Shown one piece after another: positions 61,816 to 64,000 of a DNA stretch of 64,000 bases. This DNA is from Antedon mediterranea (lineage: Eukaryota; Animalia; Echinodermata). The stretch covers positions 14,260,001 through 14,324,000 of the forward strand of contig NC_092674.1 in the NCBI RefSeq assembly GCF_964355755.1. Reading direction: 5' to 3'. Below the pieces are notes generated by a model. It saw nothing but the letters and a program-made list of their open reading frames with translations. It did no database searches and was not told the DNA's origin. Every line of letters begins with the position of its first letter. The stretch's first letter is position 1. A program made the position numbers and the translations under genes.

Positions 61816-63993
61816 CAGTGGGAAAGCCACTTCGCGTTTTGACCGTTAAATCGTGTAAAATCGACTTACTTCCGCATTGACGATTTTGAAGCGCCACCTA
61901 TCGTTGAAAACTGAAACCACGATTTTTCGTCGCCTAGCAAATAAGTGCTGTTTTATTTTAAGCTCTCAAGAATATTTAAGAACCGCCCAACATTACCTAT
62001 TATGGTAAAAGCATTTCCTAATAAGTATAATTGAATAACCAATCGGTTTTCTTCAAAGAAACCGAAGCTAATACAATACATTCGGCGACTGAAGTCGGGA
62101 CTCGTGAAATTTATAAATGTGGTACGATTTGACTACTGTTTTGTTGTCCATTTTCTGAATAGTCGGAGGTGCATCCCAACAAATTAAAAAAATTGTAATC
62201 AATTGTTTTATCAAGAATAATATTAGTTTAATCGAGTATGATATATTTCTATCCTGTTCAAAATGTGTTGGTGTATTCTCAGGCCTCGAAAGGTAGGTAC
62301 ATTTTCTAGCTGTGAGCGTGGTTTCGGCAACGCGAGACACGTGTGTCAGTATAGGCGATAGCGAGACGTGTGTTGGTACTGTGTTGATGCTGATCCGATA
62401 GTCGTTAAGTTGTACTGATTACGAGTATCATTGGTCCTGGCCGGCCTAGCCTGGTGATCTGATCCCCCCCCAAAAAATACTTTTTTTCAATCAGTATTAA
62501 TATTATTATTTTATTTTTCATTTATTATTTGATTTATTAGGCTCAATAGATGCCTAGCTAGGCTACTAGTAGGCCTAGATTATATAAATAATAATAGTAA
62601 ATACTGTAATTTAATTAATAAAAATACAGCTTCCATTTGCCTTACTTTTATGTCATCATATAATATTATAATTATATATACAACCAGACATTAACATTTT
62701 TTTTAAATAATATTTATTATTTTTTCTGACACTTTCAGGAATCGTTGATGATGCAGAGTTCTTTGTCTTTGTGACTTCAAACTGAGAGTGAAGTGGATAA
62801 AAAGATGACACCTGTACCTACCGACATTGTCATACCCAAACTATAATTTAATTATTTAAAACAAAATGTTGAATTACAAATATATATGTATGTTGCAGAG
62901 GATTTAGATGAATTACAATACAAATATTTATGTTGAATGCAAACCTACTACACTATACTCTGTAAATGATGTTATTGTCATGTGGTAGACCTTAAAAATT
63001 GAATATTTATTGTATGTTAGGCCTATTTTATATTTTATTAATACTGTATTAGTTTAATATTACTATTAATTTATATTATACAGTACTAGGCCCCTAGGCC
63101 TAGTTTGTACATGTTTTTACCCCAAAAAAATGAATAAATAATTTGTTATTCAATCTAATTGCTTGTTTGTTCATCAATAACAAAACAATTGTAAGCAAGT
63201 ATATAACAGTTCTTGTTAGCCGCTTATTTCAGGTCATATTATTAATATTAGCTAGGCCCGACGCGCCCGATCACAACGTCACTAAGTGACTTTCCGCCCC
63301 TGGAACAATCGCTCGCTAATAGGGCTAGGCCTCGGACTTGTATAAAAGCTATTATAATAGTTATGATAAATATTCCTCAACTAAAATGTTTACTGTGATA
63401 AATAAACAAGTAATAATATACGTTGTATTGGAATGTATTTATTTATATGAATTCTTATACGCGGACAATTATAAACATCGCGTATATCGTTCGCTATAAA
63501 TAAATTCATAAACACGATGACGATGTGTTTACAAAATGGCGGTTTCGCTAGTTTTCGATGGAACAAATAGTGGTACCTTTAGTTTGAATAGTCGGAGCTG
63601 CATCCCAACCACCGAATTTTGTATCTTAATATCGTATTCTGTAGATTATTAATTTTTCTAACAGGGATTTTAAATTCAGGACTGTTCAATTTTTCTAAAT
63701 ATTTTATTTTAATGATTTTCTAGGGTACAATTTCGGAAAAAAGACATTGGTTGATTTTGCCGTTAAATTACAGATTATCGTTTTGTTCAAATACATTTAA
63801 TTTTACATGACAATATATTAAAACCATTTATGAATTTATTTCACTAACAAAATTTTTCCGATAATCAACTAAATTTACAAATATTGTGTTTTTCCAACAC
63901 CCTAAAATTTAGCCATTTTGAACTAAACTAGAAAAGTAGGGCGCCCTCTCCGAGTCGAAATTTGACACGATTTGTCGACTGGCTGTCCCACTG
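61816..63993. mobile_element. 2.2-kb non-autonomous DNA transposon with a 4-bp TSD
   Basis: TIR CAGTGGGA(A/C)AGCCA(C/G)T; TAGT duplicated at 61812-61815 and 63994-63997. Confidence 0.85.
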
Positions 63994-64000
63994 TAGTGAC

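Larger units (their letters stand above)
57515..64000 (+). mobile_element. Second, inverted copy of the same Gypsy insertion (LTR 57515-57915); continues beyond the window
   Basis: Same LTR, primer-binding site, frameshifts and flanking site ATGAG. Confidence 0.95.

Overview
AT-rich eukaryotic (metazoan-type, intron-containing) DNA, not prokaryotic, made mostly of nested transposable elements; all calls are by eye from motifs, terminal inverted repeats (TIRs) and target-site duplications (TSDs). Two 99-bp ankyrin-repeat exons of a minus-strand host gene lie at the left. A full-length BEL/Pao LTR retrotransposon (7139-28633, TSD GTAAT) carries an Academ-type DNA transposon (itself holding a hAT-like MITE and a LINE fragment) and an 8-kb CACTA/EnSpm-like element inside its 5' LTR. 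A full-length Gmr1-type Gypsy element (32193-51973, TSD CTCAT) is split by a 14.3-kb Sola2-like element. That element carries the most striking feature, an apparently intact two-gene cassette: (i) a 5-exon, 411-aa protein with an N-terminal Tudor/chromo-barrel domain, and (ii) a ~1750-aa single ORF with a RAG1/Transib-like D-D-E core fused to a USP-like cysteine protease, two Bro-N-like domains, an IQ motif, a BRCT domain and a C-terminal HMG box. The right third is a >13-kb palindrome (arms ~48063-54565 and ~54918-61425) that duplicates the 5' half of the Gypsy element together with its insertion site.
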